Numbered from the stretch's first letter, positions 45,895 through 56,224 are shown. The stretch is 64,000 nt of DNA from Vicinamibacterales bacterium (GCA_965246995.1 OZ252008.1:3522925-3586924); one strand, 5' to 3'. Program-made: numbers and translations. The notes: generated by a model not told the origin, from the sequence alone.

Positions 45895-48360
45895 ATGCGC
45901 GTCACACCGAAGCGGCAGCGGTCAACGTATGGACGGCTCCACAGCGCCGCCGCCCTGCTGATCGGCATTCTCCTCGGCGGCGGCCTGTTCGCGAGCCCCG
46001 CCGCCGCCCAGAACACCGCGGAGCCAGCCGCTGACGACGCGGCGACGGAGTACCGCCAGCTCCTGAACCGCTACTGCGTAGGCTGCCACAACGATCGGAC
46101 GCTCACCGCCGGTGTCACGCTGCAACGCCTCGACCTGACCCGCGCCGGCGAGGATCCGCACGAGACCGTGACCTGGGAGAAAGTGATCCGGAAACTCCGG
46201 ACGCGGTCGATGCCGCCGGCCGAACGTCCACGCCCCGACGAGGCGACCTACGAAGCCTTCACCGACTGGCTCGAGGACCAGGTCGACAGCGCGGCGGCCC
46301 GCAACCCGAACCCGGGGCGCCGCCACGCCGTTCACCGGCTGAACCGCGCCGAGTACGCCAACGCGATTCGCGATCTGCTCGACCTCGAGATCGACGCGCC
46401 AACGCTTCTCCCGCCGGACGATTCCGGCTTCGGCTTCGATAACATCGCCGACGTCCTGTCGATGTCGCCGATGCTCACCGAGCGCTACCTCGGCGCATCC
46501 CGCAAGATCAGCCGGCTAGCGGTGGGCGACCCGTCGCTGCAGCCAACCACCGACGTCTACGAGGTGGACAAGCACCTGCGGCAGGACCGGCGCGTGAATG
46601 ATGCGTTGCCGTTCGGATCACGCGGCGGACTGGCCATCCAGCACTACTTCCCGCTCGATGGCGACTACACGGTGCGGATCTTCCTCCTGCGGACCTACGA
46701 CGGACGGGTCCGCGGCCTGCTCGACGAACATCAACTCGAGGTCCGTCTCGACGGCGAGCTGATCGACACACTGACGGTTGGCGGACCGGTCTTCGACGAG
46801 AACGGCGAGGAAGTGCGCCGCGACCTGCGCAACGTCCCCGACGACGGACAGGAAGTCCGCTTCGCGGCGAACGCGGGGCCGGCGACGCTCGCGATCAGCT
46901 TCGTCGATCAGACCGCCTATCTGGAAGGGATGTTGCGTACCGACTACCGGGTCACGAGTTACGAGTACGCGGGCGATCAGACGATTCCCCCCGCCATCGC
47001 AAGCGTCGAGGTGAGCGGGCCGTACGACGCGAGGGGCCGGGGCGACACGCCGCCGCGCCAGCGAATCTTCTCCTGCCGTCCGGATCCGGGGATGGACGAC
47101 ACCGGCTGCGCGTCCCGGATCATCTCGGGTCTCGCCCGCCTGGCGTTCCGCCGCCCAGTGACCGGTGACGACATGGCGATGCTGCTCGACTTCTACCAGC
47201 GGGGCCGCGCGGAGGGAGACTTCGACGCCGGCATAGAGATGGCGCTTCGGCGCATTCTGGTCAGCCCCAACTTCCTCTTCCGGCGCGAGACGGATCCGGA
47301 AGGCGTCGCGCCCGGCACGGCGTACCCGATTACGGATATCGAGCTTGCCTCACGCCTCTCCTTCTTCCTCTGGAGCAGCATCCCGGACGACGAACTGCTC
47401 TCTGTCGCCGAGCGCGGCACGTTGCGCGATCCGGAAGTGCTCGGCGCGCAGCTGCGCCGGATGCTGGCGGACCTACGCGCCGAGACGCTGGTCGACAACT
47501 TCGGCGGGCAGTGGCTTTACCTCCGCAACATCCGCCTCGTCACGCCCGACCCGCAGGCGTTTCCCGACTTCGACGCAAATCTGCGCGAGGCCATGGAACG
47601 CGAGATGGCGCTCTTCCTGGACAGCCAGATCCGTGACGACCAGAGCGTGCTGGACCTGCTGACGGCCGACTACACCTTCGTCAACGAGCGCCTCGCGCGG
47701 CACTACGGGATGCCCGGGATCTATGGCAACCACTACCGCCGGGTCGCGCTCGACGGCGCGCAAGACGCCCGTCGCGGCCTCCTCGGCAAGGGGAGCCTGC
47801 TGACTGTAACGTCGTATGCGCACCGCACCTCGCCCGTGCTGCGCGGCAAGTGGCTGCTCGAGAACGTGCTCGGCACACCGCCGCCCCCGCCCCCGCCTGA
47901 CGTTCCGGCGCTCGAGGAGAACGACGAACCAGGCGTTGCTCCCCGTTCCGTCCGAGAGCGGCTCGAACAGCACCGGGCCAATCCGGTCTGCGCCAGTTGC
48001 CACCGGGTGATGGACCCGTTGGGCTTCGCCCTCGAGAACTTCGACGGCATCGGGCGCTGGCGCGATGCTGGCGACGGGGGCGACCCGATTGACGCCAGCG
48101 GGACGCTGACCGACGGAGCCGCCGTTGACGGCCCCGCAACGCTCCGGCAAGCGTTTGTCGACCGGGGCGAGAACTTCGTCGCCACCGTCGCGGAGAAGCT
48201 GCTGACTTACGCCATCGGCCGGGGAGTCGAATCGTTCGACGGCCCCGCGGTGCGGAGCGTTATGGACGCCGCCGCCGCCGAGGAGTATCGTTGGTCAGCA
48301 CTCATCGCCGGTATCGTCCAGAGTACGCCTTTCCAGATGAGGAGATCAGCTGAGCCATGA
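45895..48360 (+). CDS. DUF1592/DUF1588-type cytochrome c multidomain protein (paralog 2)
   Basis: CVGCH..MPP, HRLNRAEYANAIRDLL, SRLSFFLWSSIPD, TSPVLRGKW, CASCH. Confidence 0.88.
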   Translation: MRVTPKRQRSTYGRLHSAAALLIGILLGGGLFASPAAAQNTAEPAADDAATEYRQLLNRYCVGCHNDRTLTAGVTLQRLDLTRAGEDPHETVTWEKVIRKLRTRSMPPAERPRPDEATYEAFTDWLEDQVDSAAARNPNPGRRHAVHRLNRAEYANAIRDLLDLEIDAPTLLPPDDSGFGFDNIADVLSMSPMLTERYLGASRKISRLAVGDPSLQPTTDVYEVDKHLRQDRRVNDALPFGSRGGLAIQHYFPLDGDYTVRIFLLRTYDGRVRGLLDEHQLEVRLDGELIDTLTVGGPVFDENGEEVRRDLRNVPDDGQEVRFAANAGPATLAISFVDQTAYLEGMLRTDYRVTSYEYAGDQTIPPAIASVEVSGPYDARGRGDTPPRQRIFSCRPDPGMDDTGCASRIISGLARLAFRRPVTGDDMAMLLDFYQRGRAEGDFDAGIEMALRRILVSPNFLFRRETDPEGVAPGTAYPITDIELASRLSFFLWSSIPDDELLSVAERGTLRDPEVLGAQLRRMLADLRAETLVDNFGGQWLYLRNIRLVTPDPQAFPDFDANLREAMEREMALFLDSQIRDDQSVLDLLTADYTFVNERLARHYGMPGIYGNHYRRVALDGAQDARRGLLGKGSLLTVTSYAHRTSPVLRGKWLLENVLGTPPPPPPPDVPALEENDEPGVAPRSVRERLEQHRANPVCASCHRVMDPLGFALENFDGIGRWRDAGDGGDPIDASGTLTDGAAVDGPATLRQAFVDRGENFVATVAEKLLTYAIGRGVESFDGPAVRSVMDAAAAEEYRWSALIAGIVQSTPFQMRRSAEP

Positions 48361-49769
48361 CGATTCCGAAGAAGGCTGTCACGACCTCGACCACGCCATC
48401 ACGCGGTGCATCCCCGGTAACCGGGCTGAAGCTTCACCGCCGGATGTTCCTGCGCGGCGTCGGCGCCACACTCGCCCTGCCGCTGCTCGACAGCATGGTC
48501 CCCGCCTTCGCCGCCGTGCGGAAATCCGCCGCCAGACCGGTGCAGCGGTTCTTCACTGGCTACGTCCCGAACGGCATCATCATGAAGCAGTGGACGCCCG
48601 CGACGGAGGGGCCGCTGAGTGAACTGCCGCCGACGCTCGAGCCGCTCACCCCGTTCAAGGACCGGTTGCTCGTCGTCAGTGGTCTGGCCGACGCGCCGGC
48701 CTTCCCGCTACCGGGCGAAGGTACCGGCGACCATGTCCGCGCCGCTGCCACCTTCCTGACCGGCGTTCACCCGAAGAAGACCGACGGTCCGGATATCCGG
48801 GGCGGCACGTCGATGGATCAGATCGCCGCCGAGAAGATGGGCACCGACACGATGCTCGCGTCCCTCGAGCTGGCCATCGATCCGAACGAGTTGATTGGCG
48901 CCTGCGAGGCGGGCTGGAGTTGCGCGTACGCAAACACGCTGTCATGGCGCAATCCAACGAACCCGCTTCCGATGGAGAATCAGCCGCGCGCGGTCTTCGA
49001 GCGGCTGTTCGGTGACACCGACAGCACGACACCGGAGGCGCGGCTCGCGCGGATCCGCGAGGATCGCAGCATTCTCGACTCCCTTGTGCACGAAGTGGCC
49101 GACTTCCAGCAACAGCTCGGTCCTGGCGATCGCACCAAGGTGACGCAGTACCTGGACGCCATTCGCGACATCGAGCGGCGCATCCAGTTCGCCGAGGCAC
49201 AGAGCGAGCGGGAGTTGCCGGAGCTGGCCCGTCCCGCGGGCGGCATTCCAGACACATTCGCCGAGCATGCCCGGTTGATGTTCGACCTGCAGATCCTCGC
49301 GTTCCAGGCCGATCTGACGCGCGTCAGCACCTTCATGATGTCGCGCGAGGTGAGCCCACGCACCTACCCGGAACTGGGCATCCCGGATCCGCACCACGGG
49401 ATGTCGCACCACCAGAACCGGCCGGAGCAGATCGCGAAGCTGGCCAAGCTGAATCGGCACCACATCGAACAGCTCGCCTACTTCATCGAGAGGCTCGAGG
49501 CGACACCGGATGGTGACGGCACGCTGTTCGATCACGTGCTGATGCAGTACGGCTCCGGCATCAGCGACAGCAACCAGCACCTGCATGTCGATCTGCCGGT
49601 CCTCGTCGCGGGCGGCGCGGCGGGCCGGATCAAGGGTGGCCGGCACCTGCGAGTGGTCGAGGAGACGCCGCTCACGAACCTGCAGGTTGCGCTCCTCGAG
49701 AAGCTCGACGTGCCGACCGAGTCACTGGGCGACAGCACGGGCGTCATCCAGCACCTTTCGGGGGTCTAG
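48357..49769 (+). CDS. DUF1552 (HXXSHH) Tat protein (paralog 2)
   Basis: HRRMFLRG; FERLFG, HHGMSHH, YGSGISDSNQH; ATGA overlap with upstream gene. Confidence 0.88.
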   Translation: MTIPKKAVTTSTTPSRGASPVTGLKLHRRMFLRGVGATLALPLLDSMVPAFAAVRKSAARPVQRFFTGYVPNGIIMKQWTPATEGPLSELPPTLEPLTPFKDRLLVVSGLADAPAFPLPGEGTGDHVRAAATFLTGVHPKKTDGPDIRGGTSMDQIAAEKMGTDTMLASLELAIDPNELIGACEAGWSCAYANTLSWRNPTNPLPMENQPRAVFERLFGDTDSTTPEARLARIREDRSILDSLVHEVADFQQQLGPGDRTKVTQYLDAIRDIERRIQFAEAQSERELPELARPAGGIPDTFAEHARLMFDLQILAFQADLTRVSTFMMSREVSPRTYPELGIPDPHHGMSHHQNRPEQIAKLAKLNRHHIEQLAYFIERLEATPDGDGTLFDHVLMQYGSGISDSNQHLHVDLPVLVAGGAAGRIKGGRHLRVVEETPLTNLQVALLEKLDVPTESLGDSTGVIQHLSGV

Positions 49770-49820
49770 TCCCTCTGTGCGCCGACGTACACGTCGGAGG
49801 CTGGGAATGCCGCACGCCCG

Positions 49821-50627
49821 ATGATTCGAGCCTCGGGTCTCACCAAACGCTATGGCGGCGCCGCAGTGGTGGACGACCTCTCGCTTGAGGTGGGCGCGGG
49901 CGAACTCGTCGTGCTCCTGGGCGGCTCCGGCTCCGGCAAGACCACCACGCTCAAGATGATCAACCGGCTGGTCGAACCGACCAGCGGTTCCGTTCACTTC
50001 GGCGGCGTCGACACGGCAACGCTGCCGCCGCATGTGTTGCGTCGCCGGATTGGCTACGTCTTCCAGCGGATCGGTCTCTTCCCGCACCTGACCGTCGGCG
50101 AGAACATCGCGGTGACGCCGGCGCTGCTCGGCTGGCCCGAGGACCGGATTGCCGATCGGGTCGATCACCTGCTGGACCTGGTGGAACTCGATCCCGGCGT
50201 GCGCGACCGGTGGCCGCGCCAACTCTCGGGTGGCCAGCAGCAACGAGTCGGGGTGGCGCGGGCGCTGGCCGCGGAGCCGCGCGTCATGCTGCTGGACGAA
50301 CCGTTCGGCGCGCTCGATCCGGTGACGCGCGAGCGGCTGCAGACATCCTTTCTCCGGATACGCACCGAGTTGCAGTTGACGGCGCTGTTCGTGACGCATG
50401 ACATGACCGAAGCGCTGACCCTGGGCGATCGGATCGGCGTCATGGAGCAGGGGCGCCTCGTGCAGGTGGGCACTCCACACGAGCTGCTTACGCGGCCGGC
50501 GAACGTCTACGTCGAGCGGCTGATGAGCACGCCGCGCCGGCAGGCGGCGGCCATCGACGCCTTGATCGCCAAGGGCGGCGCCGGCCATCCGGACGCCCCG
50601 AACGGAGCCGGTAGCTCGCCATGTTGA
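49821..50627 (+). CDS. ABC transporter ATPase, osmoprotectant/ergothioneine (OpuA/EgtV-like)
   Basis: GGSGSGKTTTLKMINRL, LSGGQQQRVG, LLDEPFGALD. Confidence 0.92.
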   Translation: MIRASGLTKRYGGAAVVDDLSLEVGAGELVVLLGGSGSGKTTTLKMINRLVEPTSGSVHFGGVDTATLPPHVLRRRIGYVFQRIGLFPHLTVGENIAVTPALLGWPEDRIADRVDHLLDLVELDPGVRDRWPRQLSGGQQQRVGVARALAAEPRVMLLDEPFGALDPVTRERLQTSFLRIRTELQLTALFVTHDMTEALTLGDRIGVMEQGRLVQVGTPHELLTRPANVYVERLMSTPRRQAAAIDALIAKGGAGHPDAPNGAGSSPC

Positions 50628-52156
50628 GCGAACAGCTCGCGCTGCTGCCGGACTACCTGACGGCGCATCTGCAGTTGACGCTTCTGGCGTTACTGTTGTC
50701 GACCGCCGTCAGCGTCCCGCTGGGCATCGCCGCGACGCGGATAGCCTGGCTCGAACAGCCGGTGCTGGCCGTAGCTGGCGTCATTCAGACGATCCCGAGC
50801 CTGGCGTTGCTGGCGGTGATGGTGCCCGTGCTCGCGGCTGTCGACCTCCAGAGCATAGGCTTCCTGCCGGCGGCGATCGGACTGACGCTCTACGGTGTCC
50901 TGCCGGTTTTGCGCAACACGGTGACCGGGATTGGCGGAATCGATCCGGCGCTCAAGGAAGCGGCGCAGGGGGTCGGCATGACGCCACGCCAGCAACTCGC
51001 ACGCGTGGAGCTGCCGCTCGCGATGCCGGTGATCGTCGCCGGCATGCGTACGGCCACCGTCTGGGTGGTGGGGATCGCGACACTCTCGACGCCAGTTGGG
51101 GCAACCAGTCTGGGCAACTACATCTTCAGCGGACTCCAGACGCGCAACCTTGTGGCAGTGCTGGTCGGCTGTGTCGCCGCGGCCGGTCTCGCCCTGCTGC
51201 TCGACGGCCTGGTCCGTTCCATCGAGGTATCACTCACGGCCCGGCGCCGGACGGCGCTCGTCGCCGCGCTCACCGCCGTCGGGCTGCTCTACGCGTACGC
51301 GGGCGCGACGTTTGCCGCGCCATTCGTCTCCGGACGCGACCGCCCGGTCACGGTCGGCGGCAAGTCCTTTACCGAGCAGTACATCCTGAGCGACGCGATC
51401 GCCCGATGGATTGAGCGTGAGACCGGCCGGCCGACCCAACTCGTGCAGTCGCTCGGATCGACCGTCGCGTTCGACGCACTCGAAGCCGGCCAAATCGATC
51501 TGTACGTCGACTACAGCGGCACGATCTGGGCGAATATGATGAACGCAGGTAGTGACGGCGCGATACCCGGCCGGGAGGCGGTGCTCGCGGATGTCCGGCG
51601 GTTCCTCGAGGACCGCCAGATCACGCTCGCGGCAACGCTAGGCTTCGAGAACACCTACGCGCTCGCGGTCCGCGCCAGCGAGGCCGATCGGCTGGGCCTC
51701 AGAACGATCAGCGACCTCGTGCCGGTCGCGCCGCAACTCTCCATCGGCAGCGACTACGAGTTCTTCCTCCGAACCGAATGGCCGGCAGTCCGCGACCGGT
51801 ACGGTCTCGACTTCGCCGAGTTGCGTACGATGGATCCGGCGTTGATGTACGAAGCGATAGTGGCGGACGAAGTGCAGGTAATCAGCGCGTATTCCACCGA
51901 TGGGCGAATTGCGGCGTACAACCTCCGTCTGCTCGAGGATGACCGGGAAGCGATCCCGCCGTACGACGCTATCGTGCTGGCCGGCCCAGGTCTCGCCCGT
52001 AGCGCGCCGGCGGTCATCGACGCACTCCAGCAACTGGGCGGCGCCATCGACGCGGAGTGGATGCGCGCCATGAACCGGCGCGTGGACGAAGAGGGCGAGC
52101 CGGTGGCGGCGGTGGCCGACGAGCTCGTCGATCGGCTCGCGGCGGGAGTACGCTGA
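50621..52156 (+). CDS. Fused ABC permease/substrate-binding protein, quaternary amine type (OsmF/EgtU-like)
   Basis: QTIPSLA, EAA.G.GM, GGKSFTEQYIL, DYSGT, GFENTYAL, YSTDGR, PPYDA. Confidence 0.9.
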   Translation: MLSEQLALLPDYLTAHLQLTLLALLLSTAVSVPLGIAATRIAWLEQPVLAVAGVIQTIPSLALLAVMVPVLAAVDLQSIGFLPAAIGLTLYGVLPVLRNTVTGIGGIDPALKEAAQGVGMTPRQQLARVELPLAMPVIVAGMRTATVWVVGIATLSTPVGATSLGNYIFSGLQTRNLVAVLVGCVAAAGLALLLDGLVRSIEVSLTARRRTALVAALTAVGLLYAYAGATFAAPFVSGRDRPVTVGGKSFTEQYILSDAIARWIERETGRPTQLVQSLGSTVAFDALEAGQIDLYVDYSGTIWANMMNAGSDGAIPGREAVLADVRRFLEDRQITLAATLGFENTYALAVRASEADRLGLRTISDLVPVAPQLSIGSDYEFFLRTEWPAVRDRYGLDFAELRTMDPALMYEAIVADEVQVISAYSTDGRIAAYNLRLLEDDREAIPPYDAIVLAGPGLARSAPAVIDALQQLGGAIDAEWMRAMNRRVDEEGEPVAAVADELVDRLAAGVR

Positions 52157-52161
52157 TAGGC

Positions 52162-52710
52162 ATGTCGATTCTCGATTTCCTCGGTTGGACCGGCGGGGCT
52201 GCAGCCCCCCCCGCGAAGGCAGCCGCCGAGGCGGATGTCGTCCGCCACATCGTCCACGAACTGGAGGCTCTGCCGGAAGCTCGCGCGCGATATCTCGCGA
52301 CATTCGCCTGGGTGCTGGGGCGCGCCGCCCATGCCGACTCGCATGTGAGCGACGCCGAAACCCGCAAGATGGAGGAGATCGTGCAGCTCCTGGGCCATCT
52401 GCCGGAAGCGCAGGCGGTCCTGGTGGTGGAGATGGCGCGGCACCAAATACGGCTGTTCGGGGGGACGCAGAATTTCACGATTGCGCGGGAGTTCCGGGAG
52501 CTCTCGACGCCCGAACAGCGGATTGAACTGCTGGAGTGCGTGTTTGCAGTGTCGGCGGCGGATGCGTCAATCACGGTGGTTGAAGAGGGAGAAGCCCGGC
52601 ATATCTCCAGGGAGCTGGGATTGACGCACGCGGAGTTCATGGCGGCGCGGGCGGCATACGTGGATCATCTGGAAGCGTTGAAGTCGCTGCGGGCGAAACG
52701 CGAGACGTAA
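52162..52710 (+). CDS. TerB-family protein
   Basis: AHADSHVSDAE and SAADASITVVEE duplicated TerB motifs. Confidence 0.8.
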   Translation: MSILDFLGWTGGAAAPPAKAAAEADVVRHIVHELEALPEARARYLATFAWVLGRAAHADSHVSDAETRKMEEIVQLLGHLPEAQAVLVVEMARHQIRLFGGTQNFTIAREFRELSTPEQRIELLECVFAVSAADASITVVEEGEARHISRELGLTHAEFMAARAAYVDHLEALKSLRAKRET

Positions 52711-52719
52711 GAACGAAGT

Positions 52720-52737
52720 GCCGGCGTAGACGCCGGC
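52720..52737. terminator. Hairpin between convergent genes
   Basis: GCCGGCG-TAGA-CGCCGGC. Confidence 0.35.
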
Positions 52738-52743
52738 GCGCCG

Positions 52744-53820
52744 TCAGTCCTTTGTTGCCGGCTGCGGGGCCGGGTTGGCGTCGAGCAGGACGGCGACCCA
52801 ACGGAACTCCCGGCTGTTCTCGAGGGCGATCTTGACGGCCATGGTGAGGGGCACGGAAAAGAGCATTCCGATCGGCCCCCAGACCCAGCCCCAGAAGACG
52901 AGCGAACTGAAGACGACGAGCGTCGACAGACCGAGACGCCGCCCCATCAGCGTCGGTTCGATGCCATTGCCGAAGATGATGTTGACGGCCAGGTAGCCGG
53001 CTGCGATCACCGCCGCGCGGCCCGGACCGAACTGCACGATCGCGAGCATCACGGCCGGCACCGCCGCCACGATCGAGCCGAGGGTCGGGATGAAGTTGAA
53101 GAGAAACGCCAACACGCCCCAGAGCAGCGGGAAGTCGAGCCCCATCAACGCTACCCAGATGCCGACGGTCAGACCGGTAGCGGCGCTTACGGCGGTCTTC
53201 ACCACGAGGTAGGTCTGGACCTGGTGCGCCATTCGGGTCAGTTGGCTGAAGGAATCCTGTGGGGTACCGAATGCGACCGTGATCTTGCGACTGAAACCGG
53301 CCGCTTCGAACAGGATGAAGATCACCGTCAGCAACACCAGGAACGTGTTCGAGAGGAACGAGCCAACCGTCCGCACCGTGTCGCCGATGACGCCGCCGAT
53401 CAGGTCGAACATGCCGGTCGGCGCGAGATCGAGCGACGTCCACTCCGCCACCGGCAGCCCCAACCGCGTGCCGAACGCCATCAGCGACGTGGTCAACTCG
53501 CGCAACCGCGCTTGATAGGTGGGCGCGGCGGCGGTCAACTGGTTGATCGACCCGGCGACCACGGCTACCAGCGCCGCGATCACCGCCACCGCGCTCAGGA
53601 TGGTGAGCGCCACGGCCAGCGGCTTCGGCACCTTCATCCGGACCAGCCAGTTCATCAGCGGTACGTTGACGACCGCCAGGAAGACGGCAATCAGGAACGG
53701 GAGGATCAGCTCCGCCGCCGCGCGCAGGCCGGCAATGATGACGACAAGGCAGGCCGCCGCTACCAGGTACCGGATGCTCATCCCGCCCACCATGCGTTGA
53801 TCGGTCACCGGATCGCTCAC
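52744..53820 (-). CDS. AI-2E family transporter
   Basis: Multi-TM; YLVVKT, NFIPTLGS, IEP.LMG..LGLS, FWGWVWGPIGM.FSVPLT; GTG overlaps egtD stop. Confidence 0.9.
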   Translation of the reverse strand: MSDPVTDQRMVGGMSIRYLVAAACLVVIIAGLRAAAELILPFLIAVFLAVVNVPLMNWLVRMKVPKPLAVALTILSAVAVIAALVAVVAGSINQLTAAAPTYQARLRELTTSLMAFGTRLGLPVAEWTSLDLAPTGMFDLIGGVIGDTVRTVGSFLSNTFLVLLTVIFILFEAAGFSRKITVAFGTPQDSFSQLTRMAHQVQTYLVVKTAVSAATGLTVGIWVALMGLDFPLLWGVLAFLFNFIPTLGSIVAAVPAVMLAIVQFGPGRAAVIAAGYLAVNIIFGNGIEPTLMGRRLGLSTLVVFSSLVFWGWVWGPIGMLFSVPLTMAVKIALENSREFRWVAVLLDANPAPQPATKD

Positions 53821-54821
53821 TTCGCGTCGAAAAGGGTCAGTGCGAACCGCGTCTCCTCGTCGATCCACTGGGCACGGTGCGCGAAGCCGGCCCGCGCGCC
53901 CAGGTCGAGAATCTGTTCGGGCTGGTACTTGTAGGAACTCTCGGTCCAGATACCTTCACCCGCGTCCAGTCGGACGCAACAGTCCACGCCCCGGAGGCAA
54001 ACCGTCTGATCCGTCTGGCTCACCAGGTACGACTCGACCCGCGAGTCGCGGCGGTTCCAGGCCACCTCGTGCGCGAAACGTCTGACGTCGAAGTCCGCGT
54101 CGAGTTCCCGGTTCAACCGGACCAGAAGGTTGCGGTTGAACGCGGCGGTGACGCCGAGCGGATCGTCGTAGGCGGCGACGAGGTCCGCTTCGGGCTTCAC
54201 GAGGTCGGCCCCCAACAGGAAACTGTCGCCCGGGCGGAGACCGTCGCGGATCTCGGCAGCGAAGCGGTCCGCCTCGCCGGGATGCAGGTTGCCGATGTTG
54301 GAGCCAAGGAATAGCACCATGGCGGAGCGGCCCGGTGCGAGCTGCGTAGTCGCCGCGCGCAACCCCTCTGCATACGCCGCGCGGTGGCCGTGCACCCGCA
54401 CCGATTCGTGCCGGGCAACTTTCTCGCACGCCCGGTTGAGCGCCGTCTCCGAGATATCGATCAGGTGGACATCCGCGGTGCGTCCCGCGGCGGCGATGCC
54501 CTCGGCGAGGATGGCGAGTTTCTCGCCGTTCCCTCCCCCCAGTTCCACGAGCGTCGCCGGCGTGTCGAGGCGCGCCAGGATGGCGTCGCGCTGGCGGGCC
54601 AGGAGCACGCACTCTCCCCGCGTGATCGGGTACCAAGGCAACTCGCAGATCGCCTCGAAGAGCTGCGATCCGAGTGCGTCGTACAGGTAATGCGCCGGAA
54701 TCTGCTTCGGCCGGCGCTGCAGCCCCTCGACGACATCGCGCGCCAGAATGTCGTGCGCCGGGCGGTCGTCCGCGACGTTACCGCGCCATTCTGTCGCTGT
54801 CGCGCCCGACGCCTCGACCAT
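53817..54821 (-). CDS. egtD: L-histidine N-alpha-methyltransferase
   Basis: YLYDALGSQLFEAICELPWY, ELGGG, FLGSNIGN, AYDDPLGVTAAFN, TESSYKY. Confidence 0.93.
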   Translation of the reverse strand: MVEASGATATEWRGNVADDRPAHDILARDVVEGLQRRPKQIPAHYLYDALGSQLFEAICELPWYPITRGECVLLARQRDAILARLDTPATLVELGGGNGEKLAILAEGIAAAGRTADVHLIDISETALNRACEKVARHESVRVHGHRAAYAEGLRAATTQLAPGRSAMVLFLGSNIGNLHPGEADRFAAEIRDGLRPGDSFLLGADLVKPEADLVAAYDDPLGVTAAFNRNLLVRLNRELDADFDVRRFAHEVAWNRRDSRVESYLVSQTDQTVCLRGVDCCVRLDAGEGIWTESSYKYQPEQILDLGARAGFAHRAQWIDEETRFALTLFDAK

Positions 54822-54827
54822 CAGCGG

Positions 54828-56180
54828 CTACTCGGCGTCCCGGGCGCAGCGGAACGAGGCGTACATGTACGGGTAGTGCGGACGGAACCAGTTCCGGAGG
54901 CTGCGGCGGATCAGTCCGGCCGCGGTGGCCGGCGATGCCCCTTTCACCACAAAGTGATCGCCATCGAAGAAGTCGGCGGAGTATTCCGGGTAGGAAGGCA
55001 TCGCCTCGAAGCCGGGGAACCCCTCGAAGACGGTCGAGGTCCACTCCCAGCCATTGCCTACCAGATCGTGGATCCCCCAGGCGCTCGCGCCGGCCGGATA
55101 CGACCCGACCGGCACGGGATCCCATTGTCGGAAGTCGAAGTTGCCGTGCGTCGCATCCGGCGGGGCCTCGCCCCACGGCTGCGTCCGTTCGGTCCCCTCC
55201 GGCGTCCCGTAGGCGGCACGGTGGAACTCCGCCTCGCTCGGCAGCCGGAGACCCCGCCACCGGGCATAGGCCGACGCTTCGTCGTGAGTCACCCAGACGG
55301 GCCAGGCCGGCGGCAAGGGCACGCGGTGGAACATGCCGCGCCAGTACCACCGCCCGTTCTCCCGTTCCCAGAAACGCGGGTGCGCTCGGCCACCCTTCTG
55401 CAGGCGCGCCCAGGCCCCTTCGGACCAGAGCGACCGCTTCCCATAGCCCCCCGCCTCGACGAACTCGAGGAAGCTGGCGTTCGTGACGTCATGGACGTCG
55501 ATCGCGAACGCGGGGACGTCGACCGGATGCTCCGGAAACTCGTTGTCCCACCCGAAGGGGACTGCTTCGATGCGCGCGCCGAGCGTCGCCCGCCCTGCCG
55601 GCACGATCACCATCTCCACCGGCGGCGCAGGCCTATCGATCGCGGTCGGTTCGTAGCCGGCAGGACAGCACTTCTGGGAGGGATCGAGCCAGTGCCACAT
55701 GTAGAGGAGCGTCTCCTGGTGCATCGCTTCGTGCTCCAGGATGGTGAAGACTCCCTGGCCACGCCGCACGACGCCGTTCGCCTCCCCTTCGATCGGCGCG
55801 CCGGCAAGCGCCCCGAGGATTGCGTGGTCCGCTTGCGCAACGTAGTGCCGCACGATCTCGCGCGTCGGCCACATGTCGCGAGCGGATCGCGCCGCGGCCG
55901 AACGATCCGCCGGGTCGATGCCGCGGGCGAATAACGTCTCGAGATCGCGGTCGATGCCGGGGTGTCCGAGTCCCTTCTTCAGCAGCGCATTGACCGCGAA
56001 GGCGGGGATGTGGCCGTCATAGAAGACCACCGGGTGGCGGAGCGGAATCGGTCGCGCGTAGTACGCGTCGGGTGTGAGCAGATCGAAGATCGCCTGCGTC
56101 CTGACGCGGTTGTCACGGTAGGCTGCGATCACCTCCTGCCGGTCTACTACCGGTGCCACGGTGGACAGCAACGCGTCCAT
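54828..56180 (-). CDS. egtB: Ergothioneine biosynthesis sulfoxide synthase (DinB + FGE-sulfatase domains)
   Basis: HEAMHQET Fe motif, FGWDNE, RLPSEAEF, GNGWEWT, YPEYS, RNWF; adjacent to egtD. Confidence 0.85.
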   Translation of the reverse strand: MDALLSTVAPVVDRQEVIAAYRDNRVRTQAIFDLLTPDAYYARPIPLRHPVVFYDGHIPAFAVNALLKKGLGHPGIDRDLETLFARGIDPADRSAAARSARDMWPTREIVRHYVAQADHAILGALAGAPIEGEANGVVRRGQGVFTILEHEAMHQETLLYMWHWLDPSQKCCPAGYEPTAIDRPAPPVEMVIVPAGRATLGARIEAVPFGWDNEFPEHPVDVPAFAIDVHDVTNASFLEFVEAGGYGKRSLWSEGAWARLQKGGRAHPRFWERENGRWYWRGMFHRVPLPPAWPVWVTHDEASAYARWRGLRLPSEAEFHRAAYGTPEGTERTQPWGEAPPDATHGNFDFRQWDPVPVGSYPAGASAWGIHDLVGNGWEWTSTVFEGFPGFEAMPSYPEYSADFFDGDHFVVKGASPATAAGLIRRSLRNWFRPHYPYMYASFRCARDAE

Positions 56181-56224
56181 CCAGTGATGGTAACAGACGT
56201 GCTAGGCTGTGGCCGGGCCACGAT

